The notes: generated by a model not told the origin, from the sequence alone. 64,000 nucleotides of DNA from Okamejei kenojei (GCA_035221665.1 CM069162.1:26846001-26910000); one strand, 5' to 3'. Shown: positions 23,935-36,117, counted from the first letter of the stretch. Numbers and translations: made by a program.

Positions 23935-24505
23935 CGGGTAACGTCGTACGATGGCAACCTCGCCAACAGTCTGCCTTGTCCTTTTCTTCTTTTGCTGTTT
24001 TTAGTCTGTTGTTAAATGCATGTTTCAGTGTATCTTTCGTTTTGTATTATGTGGGTGGTGGGGAAGGGGAAACTTTTTAAAATCTTTTTCCTCGACGGAG
24101 ATGCCACTTTTCCCGTATCGTATCTCCGTCCGCACTGCGGCCTAACATTGTGGAGCTGACGGAACCCTTTGCTGGGGATCGACTTCGGGAGCTCCAACCG
24201 CAGAAGCCTGCGGACTTAACATCGTGGAGCTTGCGGTCCCTTGGTTAAGGATCGACTTCGGAAGCTCGAACCGCAGGAGCTTTGACCGCCCCGATCGCGG
24301 GAGCTTCGATCACCCCGACTGCAGATGTTTTGACTGTCCCAACCATGGGAGAAAAGGAGGGAAGATAATACATTATTGCCTTCCATCATTGTGCTGTGGC
24401 GGTTGTTTATGTTAATTTTTATGCAGCTGTGTGTCTTTATGACTGTATGGCAAATCAAAATGTTTGTATGTTTTTACTTGGCTAATAAATTAATTACAAT
24501 TACAA
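23935..24505 (+). mobile_element. Non-autonomous retroelement with internal tandem subrepeats
   Basis: GATCGACTTCGG(G/A)AGCTC and ~21-bp GAGCTTYGAYCRCCCCGA units; AATAAA plus (ATTACA)n tail. Confidence 0.55.
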
Positions 24506-24728
24506 AAAGTCAAGAAACATTATCAAGGCAATTATACACACAAGTTTTATTCTAATGACCTGTGATGTGATGTACAGGGCGTTGCTAGATTTTAGTTTGT
24601 TACTTGGCAGCAATAAAATAAAGAGCAGCAAAGGATGGGGAGCTGGGATTTGAACTATAATGAAATTAGTTTCAGCCTGAGTGTGTGTGTGGTATGAGAG
24701 CTCAAGGACTGTTCTGGACGTATCATAC

Positions 24729-24873
24729 CTGCGGAGTAATGTTTGCTGGGAGTGCGTGATAGCCCCTCTTTGCTTCAGACACAATGTTGCCATCTGATGA
24801 AACGCAGCCTGCACTACCCGGTGCCGTGATGCAGACATCACCTTCCTCTGCCTCACACCCTCGTCCTTTCGTT
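24729..24873 (-). CDS. C1orf167: C1orf167-like exon
   Basis: ERKDEGVRQRKVMSASRHRVVQAAFHQMATLCLKQRGAITHSQQTLLRR; phase 1-2. Confidence 0.75.
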
Positions 24874-25692
24874 CTGGAGAAGCAAGGGATTGAGGGCTGC
24901 TCATTTATCAGCACTGATTAAAATGAAGACTACAATATGCCCGTCCGTTCCACACCCCCAGATATTTTCCCCTGGACGTGCTTGATGTAGAAATGTTGGA
25001 GTTACAGTGATGCACATGGATGATATTTAGTGAGGAGGCAACATTTCGATGACTAGTCTGCTAGCATACTCGAGTAGTAGTCTCACCCCGGTCACTCTCC
25101 CTTTCCCCCCTCTCCCATCAGGCAAAAGGTACAGACATTTGAAAACGCATACCTCCAAATTCAGGAAAAGTTTCTTTCCGACTATTATCATGCAACTGAA
25201 ACGGTCTCTCACCAACTAGAGTGCAATCCTCACCTCCCATTTACCTCACTAGAGACCTTTTAACTATCTTTATTCGGACTTTATCTTCCACCAAATGTTG
25301 TGCACTTTATCCTTAATCTGTGCACTGTTGATGGCTTGATTGTAACATTCAAACAAAAGCTTTTCAATGTACTTCGGTAAACGTGACAATAATAAACTAA
25401 ACTAAGCTAAAACAAGGGTGCTGGAGAAACTCAGTAGGTAAGGCAGCATCTGTGGAGGGAATGGACAGACAACATTTTGGGTCGGGCCCTTTCTACAGAA
25501 TTAGTGAGCCTGGAGAGTTGCTGACAGAAATATTTTCTGCAATGTTAAATTTCACTCTAATTTCAGTGCAATTCTCTGTGGCGATACAGCCATCATCTCA
25601 ACTTCAATGACAGTTTATTACATTTCAGGGCAGTTTTCTATAAAAGAAAGACAAGTAACTCATGCAACGTGATCTTAAGAAGAATTTCTCAC

Positions 25693-25810
25693 CTTTCACC
25701 AATCTGGCCCAGGCATGGAGCAGGTGCTTCAAGTGCCTCTCTCCAATGTTACCAGCGAATTGCTGAGACAGCTGGGATAATCTGACAGCCTCCTTCCAAC
25801 TATTGAACAA
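25693..25810 (-). CDS. C1orf167: C1orf167-like exon
   Basis: LFNSWKEAVRLSQLSQQFAGNIGERHLKHLLHAWARLVK; phase 0-1. Confidence 0.8.
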
Positions 25811-26634
25811 CTGCAAACAAAACCAATCAGAAAGGGTGAAATCATGGTGCAGTCACAGGAGAACATAGTAGTATTAGGACTATCAAAAACTAATTTAACT
25901 GTCTGCCATGAGGCTACACCTTGTGAACCCCAGGGAATCCCTTGTGGATAATTTTAGATGGGTGATATTAAATGTAACCTATCTCAAACTTGGTCGTGAG
26001 ATACATCACAACAAAAAATGACCTTGCTTCCATCTAAAATTCCTCCAACGACAGCAGATCCTGATTGACAAATACTGTTGGAAAATAACTGTGGAAATGT
26101 GGTAAGAGATTGGCTTGGCTGGACCCCAAGGATATGCCTCAATGGCACATAGGAAATGTATGCACAGTGAGGCACCAGAGACCCTGCTGCTTGTGAATAG
26201 GAACCAGCAAGAGTTAATCCCTTCATCAGCATGGTAACAATAATAGTCTACAACCTGTGGGTTGTTGTACTGACTTAGCATTGATGAATCGATCAAAGAC
26301 CGTGTTAATGCACATGGACAAATCAGAATGAACAAGCTCGGGCTCCAAAAGCACCAGCTGATACGTGGAAGTGGCCTGCGAGGCAGTTCTACTCGAGCTC
26401 ACACAGAGTAACATAGAAAATAGGTGCTGGAGTAGTCCCTTCAAACGAGCACCGCCATTCAAAATGATCATGGCTGATCATCCAGAATCAGTACCCCATT
26501 CCTGCTTTCTCCCCATATCCCTTGATTCTGTTAGCCCTCAAAGCTATATCCAGCTCTCTCTTGAATACTGCCAAATTAGACAAGTTTTCTCACTGGTCTT
26601 ACTGGTGAATCCTGCACTAATAGCGCACAGATGA

Positions 26635-27270
26635 TTAGGGGTAGCAGGGAGTTGTGTGTGGGAAATAGTGTCCCATTAATTTGACAGTTTGTTAAAGAGA
26701 TCACCAAGGGGATTGAGGAGGACATTGTCTACATGGACTTTAGCTTGGCCTTTGACAAGGTTGGCTGGAACAGAAGGTTGGATAACATGAGACCCAGGGT
26801 GAGCTAGCTAACTAGCACAACCAAAGTTGGCTGTGTGGAAGGAGTCAGGGATAATAGTTTTTATGGTTGGACACTTGTGACCAGCGGTGTGCCACAGGGT
26901 TCTGTGCTAGGCCCATTGATGTTTACCATCAATATAAATGATCTGGTGACAAGAGAGTTCATATTGTTCACAAATCTGCAGATGACACCACATTTGGTGG
27001 TATAGTGCACAGTAAGAAGGTTATTTAAATCTACTGAATTAACCAGGGAAGTGAGTCAAGGAATGGTAGATGGATCTTAACTTGGGACAAGGGTGAAGTG
27101 TTGCATTTTGATAAATCAAAGCAGAACAGGACTAACACAGAAAATAGTGTGGTAGAGCAGAGTATAATGACAGCATAATTTCCCAAAGGTAATGACACAG
27201 ATAGAAAGGGTGGTGAAGAAGACATTTGGCATGTTTGCATTCATTTAAGGATATTAAGTACAGGAGCAAA
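26635..27270 (+). mobile_element. Degenerate CR1 LINE RT fragment
   Basis: VYMDFSLAFDK-like, SGVPQGSVLGPLMF and ADDT motifs with indels. Confidence 0.7.
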
Positions 27271-28362
27271 AAAAAGAAGTGTAGGAAGAACTGAGTGGGT
27301 CAGGCAACATCAATGGAGGGAATGGATAAGCTATGTTTTGGGTCGGGACCGTTCTCTAGAAAGAAGTCTGAAAAAGGTCCCGACTCCAAACGTCCAAACC
27401 TCGTCTGTCAGTCTAAAGAAGGTCCTGACCCGAAATGTTGTCTGTCCTGTGTACCCGAGGCTTCGTAATTTTGTGGAATCACTCAACACAGTTTCAGACA
27501 TTATACTTCGAATGGCAGTGAAGTAGTGCTGCCATCTTATGGCCTCTGCTAATTTTGCTTTGTAAGTTCTGCCCTCTTGTGGCCTCTGGATAATGCTACC
27601 TTGTATCTGCCTAACCAGCAGTCAGAGAACACAGAACAGCACAGGAACAGGCCCTTTGACCCACAATATCCATGCCAAATAAGGTCAGCTCGGCCAAGAT
27701 TCACCAGGAAGCAATTATGGTGTGACTAATGTCATTTGAACAATCATTCAAAGGAGTATAGACACAAAATGCTGGAGTAACTCAGAGTGTCAGGCAGCAT
27801 CTCTGGAGAAAAAGAATGGTGAAGTTTTGGTCGGAACCCTTCTTCCGCTGAGTTACTCCATCATGTGTGTCCATCTTTAGTTTAAACCAGCATCTGCAGT
27901 TCCTTCTTGCACAGTAAGAGGAGCGTGCCCTGCATGTGGAAGGGTGGAAAGGATTTGAAAGAAAGTGAGCATGCTCTGGTGTAATATTTCCAGGTACTGC
28001 GGTGGAGAAAAAAGAATCAGAATGGTGTGTCTCAAATCTGAGTGCAGAAACGTTAGGAAGGGGAATTGGATTTGGAAGAAATCTGGTGTTAATAATTCAC
28101 TGAGACAATCCTCGGAAAATTAAAAGAACACCTAAAAGTAAAGTAACAAAGGCAAGAGGACAAAACCCAATAAAAACTGTTTGAAATGAAACCAAAATAT
28201 CTAGTTTTAGCACAAAAGGGAATGGGGAAATCAAATGGTTTGAGAGAGCCATGGGTGCAAAGTTTTGTTTACTTGAAGGAAATATTTGAGCAGAGATAGG
28301 ATTGGGATGGAGCTGGAAACGGGGATTAGAGACAAAGCTGTTCAGGAAAAATCTAATTTCAC

Positions 28363-28619
28363 CTACTATTTGAGTGTGGACAGTATCTAGATGTCTCAGA
28401 GCTTGGTGTAGTATTGTCCTCTGTCTCCAGCACTGGATGACTCTCTGTGCTGTTCTAAGTTTCCTGTGATTCTCTGAGGAACACTGCAGCACCAAGTGAT
28501 ATCTCCATCTACTGAAAGCCTCCAGCAGGACCCGCAGGTTCTGTGTGGTTTGAAATGCCCACGATTTCTGCCACATCTTCTTTTTCTGAAGTGTGGCGGA
28601 GTGCCAAACCCGCATACAC
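28363..28619 (-). CDS. C1orf167: C1orf167-like exon
   Basis: CMRVWHSATLQKKKMW...LLEAFSRWRYHL...AQRVIQCWRQRTILHQAL; phase 2-1. Confidence 0.8.
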
Positions 28620-28852
28620 CTGTGCCAAGGAAACAATGAATGAGTAACAGTTCACGGGGATATTGGAATTAAGAACAAAATCAAAAGCAGATCTTTCAGC
28701 TCATTGAATTAAATGCTGCCTGATTGCAGTCAGCAACCTTTGTATCCTTTAATATCTCAATCTTTCAATCTTGAATTATTAATTGATCTTGCACCTAATG
28801 CCATCTGTGAAAGTTTCAAGCGTTTATGTAGAAATATTTCTTATCTTCACTT

Positions 28853-29820
28853 ATGACATGCCTCAGCCCCCTACTGTACTCCCTGTACACACATGACTGT
28901 GTGGCTAGGTTCAGCTCCATCTCTATAATCAAGTTTGCTGATGACACTGTGGTGGTGGGCCTGATCTCCGATAACGATGAGAAGGCCTACCGGGAGGAGG
29001 TGGCTGATCTGGCACTCTGGTGTCAGGACAACAGCCTCCTCTTGAGTGTCAAAAAAACTAAGGAGCTGACCGTGGACTTTAGGAGGGCACAACATCCGAG
29101 AATGTACACACCATTGAAGATAAATGGGGATACTGTGGATAGGGTGAGCTGCTTTGAATACCTGGGAGTCCACATCTCAGAGGATCACACTCTGCAGCAC
29201 TGGTGAATAAGGCAAGGCAGCGCTTTTACCACTTCTGGCAATTGAGGAAATTCAGAGTGTCTCTGAGGATCCTCCAGTGCTTCTACTCAGCGGCTGTGGA
29301 AAGCATCTTGTCCGGAAACATCACAATTTGGTTTGGGAACTGCTCTGCCCAGGACAAGAAGGTTCTGCAGAGAGTAGTGCGTTCAGCCGAACGCACTATG
29401 GGAACTACACTCGCCCCCCCTGCAGGAACTATACATCAGAAGGTGCAACTCCAGAGTTAACAAGATCATGGGAGACCCCTTCCACCCCAGCAACGGACTG
29501 TTCCAGCTGCTACGGTCAGGCAAACGCCTCCGTTGCCATGCTGTGAAAACGGAGAGGATGAGAAGGAGTTTCTTCCCAGAGGCCATTAGGACAGTAAACT
29601 CCTATCTCACCAGGGACTAACTTACTGTACCAATTTACTGTTGTGTGGTGTCTTTTTAAAATTGCTGTTTTTTCTTTTTTTTCCTCCCACAAATATGTAA
29701 TATGTGAATCTGTTCCATTCAGTTTTGTCGTTTTTTTGCACAATCTGCAAGCATTGCCACTTTTCATTTCACTGCACATCACGTATGTGTATGTGACGAA
29801 TAAACTTGACTTGACTTGAC
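28853..29820 (+). mobile_element. Rex1/Babar LINE 3' part
   Basis: LSPLLYSLYTHDC, IIKFADDTVVVGLI, KKTKEL, YLGVHISED; AATAAA(CTTGA)n tail. Confidence 0.9.
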
Positions 29821-30059
29821 TCCAATTAGTTGTTTGTGTGCCTTTGTCCCAAATTCTCCACGAGCAAAAAGTTCATTTTTCTCTAACCATCTGTTTTTAT
29901 TAATATTTCAAAATCTTCAATTAAGACAACTCTTGGTCTTTTAAATTTCAGGATATATAACACTTGTTTGCGCAATGCAGGCGCGCTCATTGAATGGAAC
30001 GCAATGAATCATTAACTCAACACAAATGACACTAACTCACAGTAATAACTGTGCCAAAC

Positions 30060-30204
30060 CTGCTCTGCGCCTGCTTGTCTGCCATTATCTTCACATTTCC
30101 CTGTGTCTCTGCTTTTTGCATCCAGGTGCGTAGAATCAAACGCTTAACTTTCAGTGCGTGGATGGAAAGGAAACGAGCCTGGAGACCTTGGACCTGCTTT
30201 CTTT
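30060..30204 (-). CDS. C1orf167: C1orf167-like exon
   Basis: KRKQVQGLQARFLSIHALKVKRLILRTWMQKAETQGNVKIMADKQAQSR; in-frame donor CAG|GTTTGG, phase 1-2. Confidence 0.7.
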
Positions 30205-30647
30205 CTGGAAGAGGCAGCACAATTTGCAGAATAGGAATCACAAGGAGAACTGGCAATTAGTTTTACTGAACAGATTGCACGTATCACTAGCACAATAGAA
30301 ATACAAAGATAAGCAAGAAATTGTCCCAGAAGTGAAGGGTGGACTATACTGATGCAGCACAGCTCACCAAGAACCACTTTGGTTATGGATCCACTGCTTG
30401 GACTTACTGGATGCGTAAACAACACCTAACATGCTTATGGTGCAGAATATTGTGTAGTAATATCCAAATGATCACTCTTTCACACTACCGCTAGTAATTA
30501 ATTTATTCAGGCAAAGCCTGAGGTGGTAACCAGTCCATCTGGGCAATACTGGTCTCCTTGCCCAACATCAGTTGATAGAAAATGTTCTTATTCTGCTGGA
30601 GATCTTAATGCATCATCTGCCCTGATGTAAATAACTATTCTGTCTCA

Positions 30648-30890
30648 TCGGCAGCACAGTGGCGCAGCTGGTAGAGCTGCTTCCTCACAGCGCCAGAGAC
30701 CCAGGTTCAATCTCGAACTTGGCGTGGAGTTTGCATGTTCTTCTTGTGACTGCATAGATTTCCTCCAGTTTCCACTATTGTAAATTCCCCTAGTGTGTAG
30801 GGAGTGGATGCAAAAGTGGGATAACATAGAACTAGTGTGAACGGGAAATCGATGGTCAAGGGGCTTGTTTCCATGCTGCATCTTTCAATC
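30648..30890 (+). mobile_element. V-SINE (HE1-like)
   Basis: GGCAGCACAGTGGCGCAGCTGGTAGAGC...CCCAGGTTCAATC; CR1-type tail. Confidence 0.75.
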
Positions 30891-30918
30891 AATTAACACT
30901 TCCTGCGCTGACACTCAC

Positions 30919-31127
30919 TCTCTGTATACTTGTGCCAACAGGACATTGCCTTTTGGATTTTCTGGTGCAACTTCTTTCTGTACCTTCTGTCAGCTTCCTG
31001 TTTTTGTAATAAACGTATTTTCCAAAGAGTCAGCACGACTTGACACTGTTGGCCAAAAGAAAACCCAGCAACCAATTCCCGATATCTCTTGCGGGTCTGC
31101 CTCCATTTGCTCCAACTCTGAAATACT
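30919..31127 (-). CDS. C1orf167: C1orf167-like exon
   Basis: VFQSWSKWRQTRKR...VLTLWKIRLLQKQEADRR...AMSCWHKYTE; phase 2-1. Confidence 0.8.
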
Positions 31128-32131
31128 CTGCAGGAGAAAAGTAACACATAAATTATTGATTGTTTGAAAGATAGAGCTTGGAAAAAAATATCTTTGGCCC
31201 ACCAAGTCCATGCCAAACATCCATCCCCCAATTCACAACATTTCTCTTATCCCACTTTCACATCCACTGTGTTACAGAACACAAACTACATCTGCTGTGC
31301 CATTAACCTATTCTAGGCATGACAAAAGTAAGACACCGTGATGAGCCTTATTCCCTCTGGTTGCCAAATAGGAAAGAAGAGACACAAGAAGGGAGATGAG
31401 GCAAATTTGGTACTGTTGTCCGTTAGCCCTCACCACTGTTGTGGCATGATTACATATAAAGAGAAGACATAAAAACTGCAGATGCTGGAATTTGGAGCAG
31501 AGAACAAACTGCTCGAGGAACTCAGCAGGTCAGGCAGTATCTGTATTTTGGGTCTAGACCTATCTATCCTCAGGACTGAAAGAGTGGAGACGAGGTAGTC
31601 TGTTTAAGGTGCTGAGATGGGCTGGATGAGGAATATGGGAGGTGGATTGGGCAGATGTGAACGGGGGGGGGGTCCAAGACAATGGGAGGAGTGGGTGGGA
31701 AAGAAACTGGTTGAGGGGGGCAAATGTTGTGGGACAGAAGGGTAAGTGTGGATGTATCTGGGTGGAGAGAAGGACTGGAGGAGGAACAGATTAACTAAAA
31801 TTAGAGAGTTGATTGATAAGATGCTCATACCACAAGACTGAAATCTGAGGTGTTGTGCTCTAGTTTGCATTGTAAACTACCGAGTGGTTAAATGTAACAC
31901 TCTTGTGAATTAACAGCCTATCTAGGCATGCATACGTCAGAGGCAGACACTGCTTGCAACACAGTGAGAGTTAGCACCTCCAGAGGAGGGCTGAATCCAT
32001 GTGAAGAGGGAATTTCAATCTCACTGACTGTTGAAAGCTTCTGGAAAGAGGGGGGAAGAAAAATACAATGACAATAAAAAACAATGAAGCAGCTGGCAGA
32101 CAGTGGAATAACAGGACCAACACAGACATAC

Positions 32132-32307
32132 CTTGTCAGCAGGGACTGTCGACGAAACTGATCCACCTGGCACACCTGCCACAACCGCGCAGCCCAGAGC
32201 ATCAAATGCTCTTTAACCAGACACTCCTCCAGTTTGCACTGAAGCCACTTTCCTGCTCTCTCCAAGTCAGTTCTGTTTGCTGGTCTTGCCTCACTCGGAA
32301 CAATGCT
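32132..32307 (-). CDS. C1orf167: C1orf167-like exon
   Basis: SIVPSEARPANRTDLERAGKW...HLMLWAARLWQVCQVDQFRRQSLLTR; phase 0-2. Confidence 0.7.
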
Positions 32308-32575
32308 CTACAAATGAATGCCACAAATAATCGGTTTGAACTTCATCACATTCAAATTTACTTCTTATTTTAGGGCTCTCTAGCTGGATATAAAACCAAA
32401 CTATAAAAGAAAAATAGAGCACAGTTAGAAAGGATAATATTTTCAAACAGGTAAACAACGGTAAAAGCCTGAGCTGCATGTAGGCAGTGGTAAGTTTTAT
32501 ACATAGGAAGCTTGGAGCACTGTCCAGGTGTTGTTTGGCCAATCTGTCAGGGTCTTGCATGTATTCTCCATCTAC

Positions 32576-32720
32576 CTGTTCAGGTGTGCTGCAGTCAGAC
32601 TCCTCCATACCCTGTGGAATTGTGCTGTTCTGCAGAGGCAGGTGCTTGCTAAATTCTTGCAGACACGGACCCTCAGGCCAGAGTTTCAGAATATCTTGCA
32701 ATCGGTTCCAAGTTGGGATC
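32576..32720 (-). CDS. C1orf167: C1orf167-like exon
   Basis: IPTWNRLQDILKLWPEGPCLQEF...STPEQ; phase 2-0, donor CAG|GTAGAT. Confidence 0.55.
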
Positions 32721-32922
32721 CTGTAAAAATCACCACATTAAAAAAAAATCATTAATTCAGTGCCAAAATATTGCTCAGAACCTTCAGATAACCATCACAC
32801 TGTTTGTCTGAATTCCAAAACCTTCACCGATAATGTTCCAGAATGTATCTGTTTTCTCTCAATAAAGATTAAGGTAACCCAAAGTAATCTCAACACCACT
32901 TTCTCCAGCGCCCAGATTGTAC

Positions 32923-33115
32923 TTAGCCAGCTGAAGTCTGTGAAGCTCCTCTCTCCAGTCTTGAAATCGTGGCTGATGTGTCTGCTCAGAGCAAGCAATT
33001 GCTGGTGAATGTAGCTCTCGATGAGTTGCCTGGACACTAACCAGTTGAACTGATGTTGCATGTTCTGACTTTTGGTTGCAGTCGTTATCTTTCCCGTTAC
33101 TCTGACAACTAAGAA
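32923..33115 (-). CDS. C1orf167: C1orf167-like exon
   Basis: VLSCQSNGKD...QPRFQDWREELHRLQLAK; phase 1-2. Confidence 0.6.
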
Positions 33116-33466
33116 CTAAGCAGAGGAATAAACAAACACCAGGTCAATTGAAAGAATGAAGGCACTGATTTTACAATTGTGTAAGATCACTTCATTCCTC
33201 GAGAGAGTGGAGAGAAAAGGAGAGGAATGGCAAAAGCTGGAAGAAGTGGTATGGGGAGTGATAGGGAGCAAAAAGGAGAACCAGTCTCTGAATTCCACTA
33301 TAAGATATCAGGTTTCTGCCCCAGTGCAGTGGACCATCTATCAAAAAGCTTCAGGTACTCAACTAAATTATCAAAATTACTTCTTTAAAAATAAAGGCTC
33401 GGATGAACTACTGCAGTACCTGGCAAAAAGCAGCAGAGGGTACCAGTCAGCCAGACATGTTGAAAA

Positions 33467-33702
33467 GACAGGCACAAAATGCTGGAGTAACTCAGTAGAA
33501 CAGGTGGCATCTCAGGTGAGAAGGAATGGGTGACGTTTCGGGTCAAGACCCTTCTTCAGACTTTCTTCAGTCTGAAGAAGGGTCTCGACACGAAACATCA
33601 CCCATTCCTTCTCTCCAGAAATACTGCCTGACCCGCTGAGTTACTATAGCATTTTGTGTCTATCTCCGATGTAAACCAGCATCTGCAGTTCCTTCCTACA
33701 TA
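33467..33702. mobile_element. Penelope-derived inverted dimer with two opposed hammerhead-like cores
   Basis: GTGACGTTTCGGGTCAAGACCCTTCTTCAGAC followed by GTCTGAAGAAGGGTCTCGACACGAAACATCAC; ~90-bp arms. Similar pairs at 27760-27910, 34216-34425, 50570-50790 and 62310-62550. Confidence 0.8.
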
Positions 33703-35480
33703 TCTTGAAAAGACAGTTGGACTCAGCAACTTCTATTTGATTTCCAATCAACCATCAGATTCTCTGCAGGTCCAGCAAGAGCACAGACCCTGAGACAGAT
33801 GTGGCTGAATTGGTTTGTTGGCATATTATAATTTTGATTAAGACAAACTAAGAGTATAACATACAAGTTCAATCCATTCTTAATACACTCAAGATTTATC
33901 TATTGAATTATATAGGATTTACACCACAACAGCAGGCAATTAAACCCAAGTGGTTTATTTTGTGTTTCACTCTTTCTCCAAACTCCAACAATTTCTATCT
34001 CTCTCATGTACTTAACAAACATTCCCTTAAATTCCTTTCCTCTCAGTTGTACCACACTGCTAAGTTCTACATCTCAATCTTTCACCAGATATAGTAGTTT
34101 CCCTTGAATTCCTTAATTATTGGTAAACAACTTATACCACCCCTACTTTAGCATTCTCCAACAAAGTGGACCATCATTTGTATATTCTCCTCATGAAACC
34201 ATTTCATAATCTAAAATAGACACAAAAAGTTGGAGTAAGTCAGCGGAACAGGCAGCATCTCTGGAGAGAAGAAATGGGTGATGTTTTGGGTCGGACAGAA
34301 GAAGGGTTTCGACCCGAAACATCACCCATTCCTTCTCTCCAGAGATACTGCCTAACCTGCTGAGTTACTCAAGCTTTTTGTGTCTATCTTCGGTTTAAAC
34401 CAGCATCTGCAGTTCCTTCTTACACATAATCTAAAATGATGGCTACCAAGTCATCTGCAAAAAAGAGCTTGGGCCATTTCAATCTTTCCTTTATATTTAA
34501 TAGAAATGTTCAGTAAATGTACTCTAACAAAACTCAAATACATTTCTATTCTTCTGGAAATTAGTTCAAGTACCAGGTTTGCATTTCAAGAGTGCTTTTA
34601 ACCAATGTAACCATGTCCTTAGACCCCTGCCACCTAGCTCCTCTTGATCATTTGCCAGTTATGGCCTCATTTCTAACACAAATCTGCAGCAAAATTAATC
34701 TTGCAGATATACAAGTTTTTGTTGTCTTTTCAGGATTGACTATATCCCAACCTGAAACCACATATCTGATATCCTGAAAACATAAGCAAATTATGTTGCA
34801 GGTGAGTGGTAGCGAGTCGGCCTTGTTTGAAAATATTACTCTCCATCAAAAATTCATAGAGAAAAGGTGAGGGCTTGGTTACATTTGCTGGATTCATCAA
34901 AAAGCAACAACATTGTTGGGCTGTTCCTGTTCCTACTTTCTTCTTCCATATATCAGATTATAATCACCTTCAACAGTTTAAAACAAATCTTTTTTAATTG
35001 AGTTGTGCATTGCAAAAGGAAACAAAGAATTCCAGAGATTTGAGCACATAATCCAGACCATTGTACTAAGAGTGTGCTGTACAATCAGAGGGCCTATTAT
35101 TCACTCACTGTTGTACTCAGTGCATGACACTGTTTATAAAGATGAAAAGAAAAACCTGCCCAATACATACCAGTTAACCATTATCACTAAAACAAATTAC
35201 CTGGTCATTGAACCAGTGAAAGAAACTGGCCCATCGGCCCACCAAGTCCACGCTGACCATTGATCAACTTAAGACACGCATGTATTTGGGACTTTGTTGT
35301 ATGAAATTTGGCTGCCATGTATTCTATATATGGCTACATTTACAAAATAGCAAAATAGCTGTCAAGTGCTTTGAAGGAATACACGTTTCTGAAACTTTTC
35401 TCTTAAGCTCTAACTGAAATTGATTGAGCAAATCAATATACTTGATACATCAAAAGTGTATAAAATTCTCGTGCTCAAAC

Positions 35481-35671
35481 CTGCAGTTTGTTGCTGTGTC
35501 TGTGCATGACACCGTTGGAATAGACGCAGCAAAGCCATTTTCTTTCCCCATTTTACATTCAATAATGTGTGCCAATGCAGGAGGCAACTCTCCACATTGG
35601 CAGAATGAATCCTGACACGGTGGGAGATAATATTGTGTGCAAGAAACCATGTCTGTGCCTCAAAGCAATCA
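35481..35671 (-). CDS. C1orf167: C1orf167-like exon
   Basis: DCFEAQTWFLAHNII...VESCLLHWHTLLNVKWGKKMALLRLFQRCHAQTQQQTA; phase 2-1. Confidence 0.65.
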
Positions 35672-35867
35672 CTAGGAAAAGAAACGCATAAAACATAGGT
35701 CAGAGCTGTGGAGATGCACAAATAGCAATTTCATCAGTACATGATGATGAAAAATGATTTAGCTCTTTGGTGCTGCAGGGTATTGCATGACCAGGTAATT
35801 AATGTAAACATTGACAGCCTTGCCTCAAACTGTGCATCACAATTCATAGCGAGGGCCAATTACTCAC

Positions 35868-36117
35868 AGCAAGGGGAACCACTAAATGCCAATGGCTACT
35901 TCTACAGGACTTCGCAAGCTCTCAGTCAAGCATTTCTGTTGCAAGGGACAATGTTCAAAGGTTTGCAGTCTTTTTCTTTATAGGCAACCCTCCCACGTTC
36001 CTGGGAGCTCTGAGTTTCATTCCTTCTGTGATGGTTCTCTTCTGACAGTTCCCTCAATGCCCTTCTTCAGGTGAGCCTGGATTGAGCATTGAAATACCAA
36101 CCTTGCCTTCGTTTGTC
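35868..36117 (-). pseudogene. C1orf167: Disabled C1orf167-like exon with three in-frame stops
   Basis: TGTAG acceptor, GTGAGT donor, 250 nt, phase 1-2 bridging its neighbours; stops at 36017-19, 35978-80 and 35882-84. Confidence 0.55.

Noticed and set aside
24170-24340. Spaced repeats resembling a CRISPR array
   Set aside because: Vertebrate DNA; these are degenerate tandem subrepeats inside a retroelement, with no unique spacers or cas genes.
32795-33061. ORF-track frame MQHQFNWLVSRQ... as the coding frame
   Set aside because: The alternative frame (...FQDWREELHRLQLAK) fits both splice phases and the Trp-repeat pattern.
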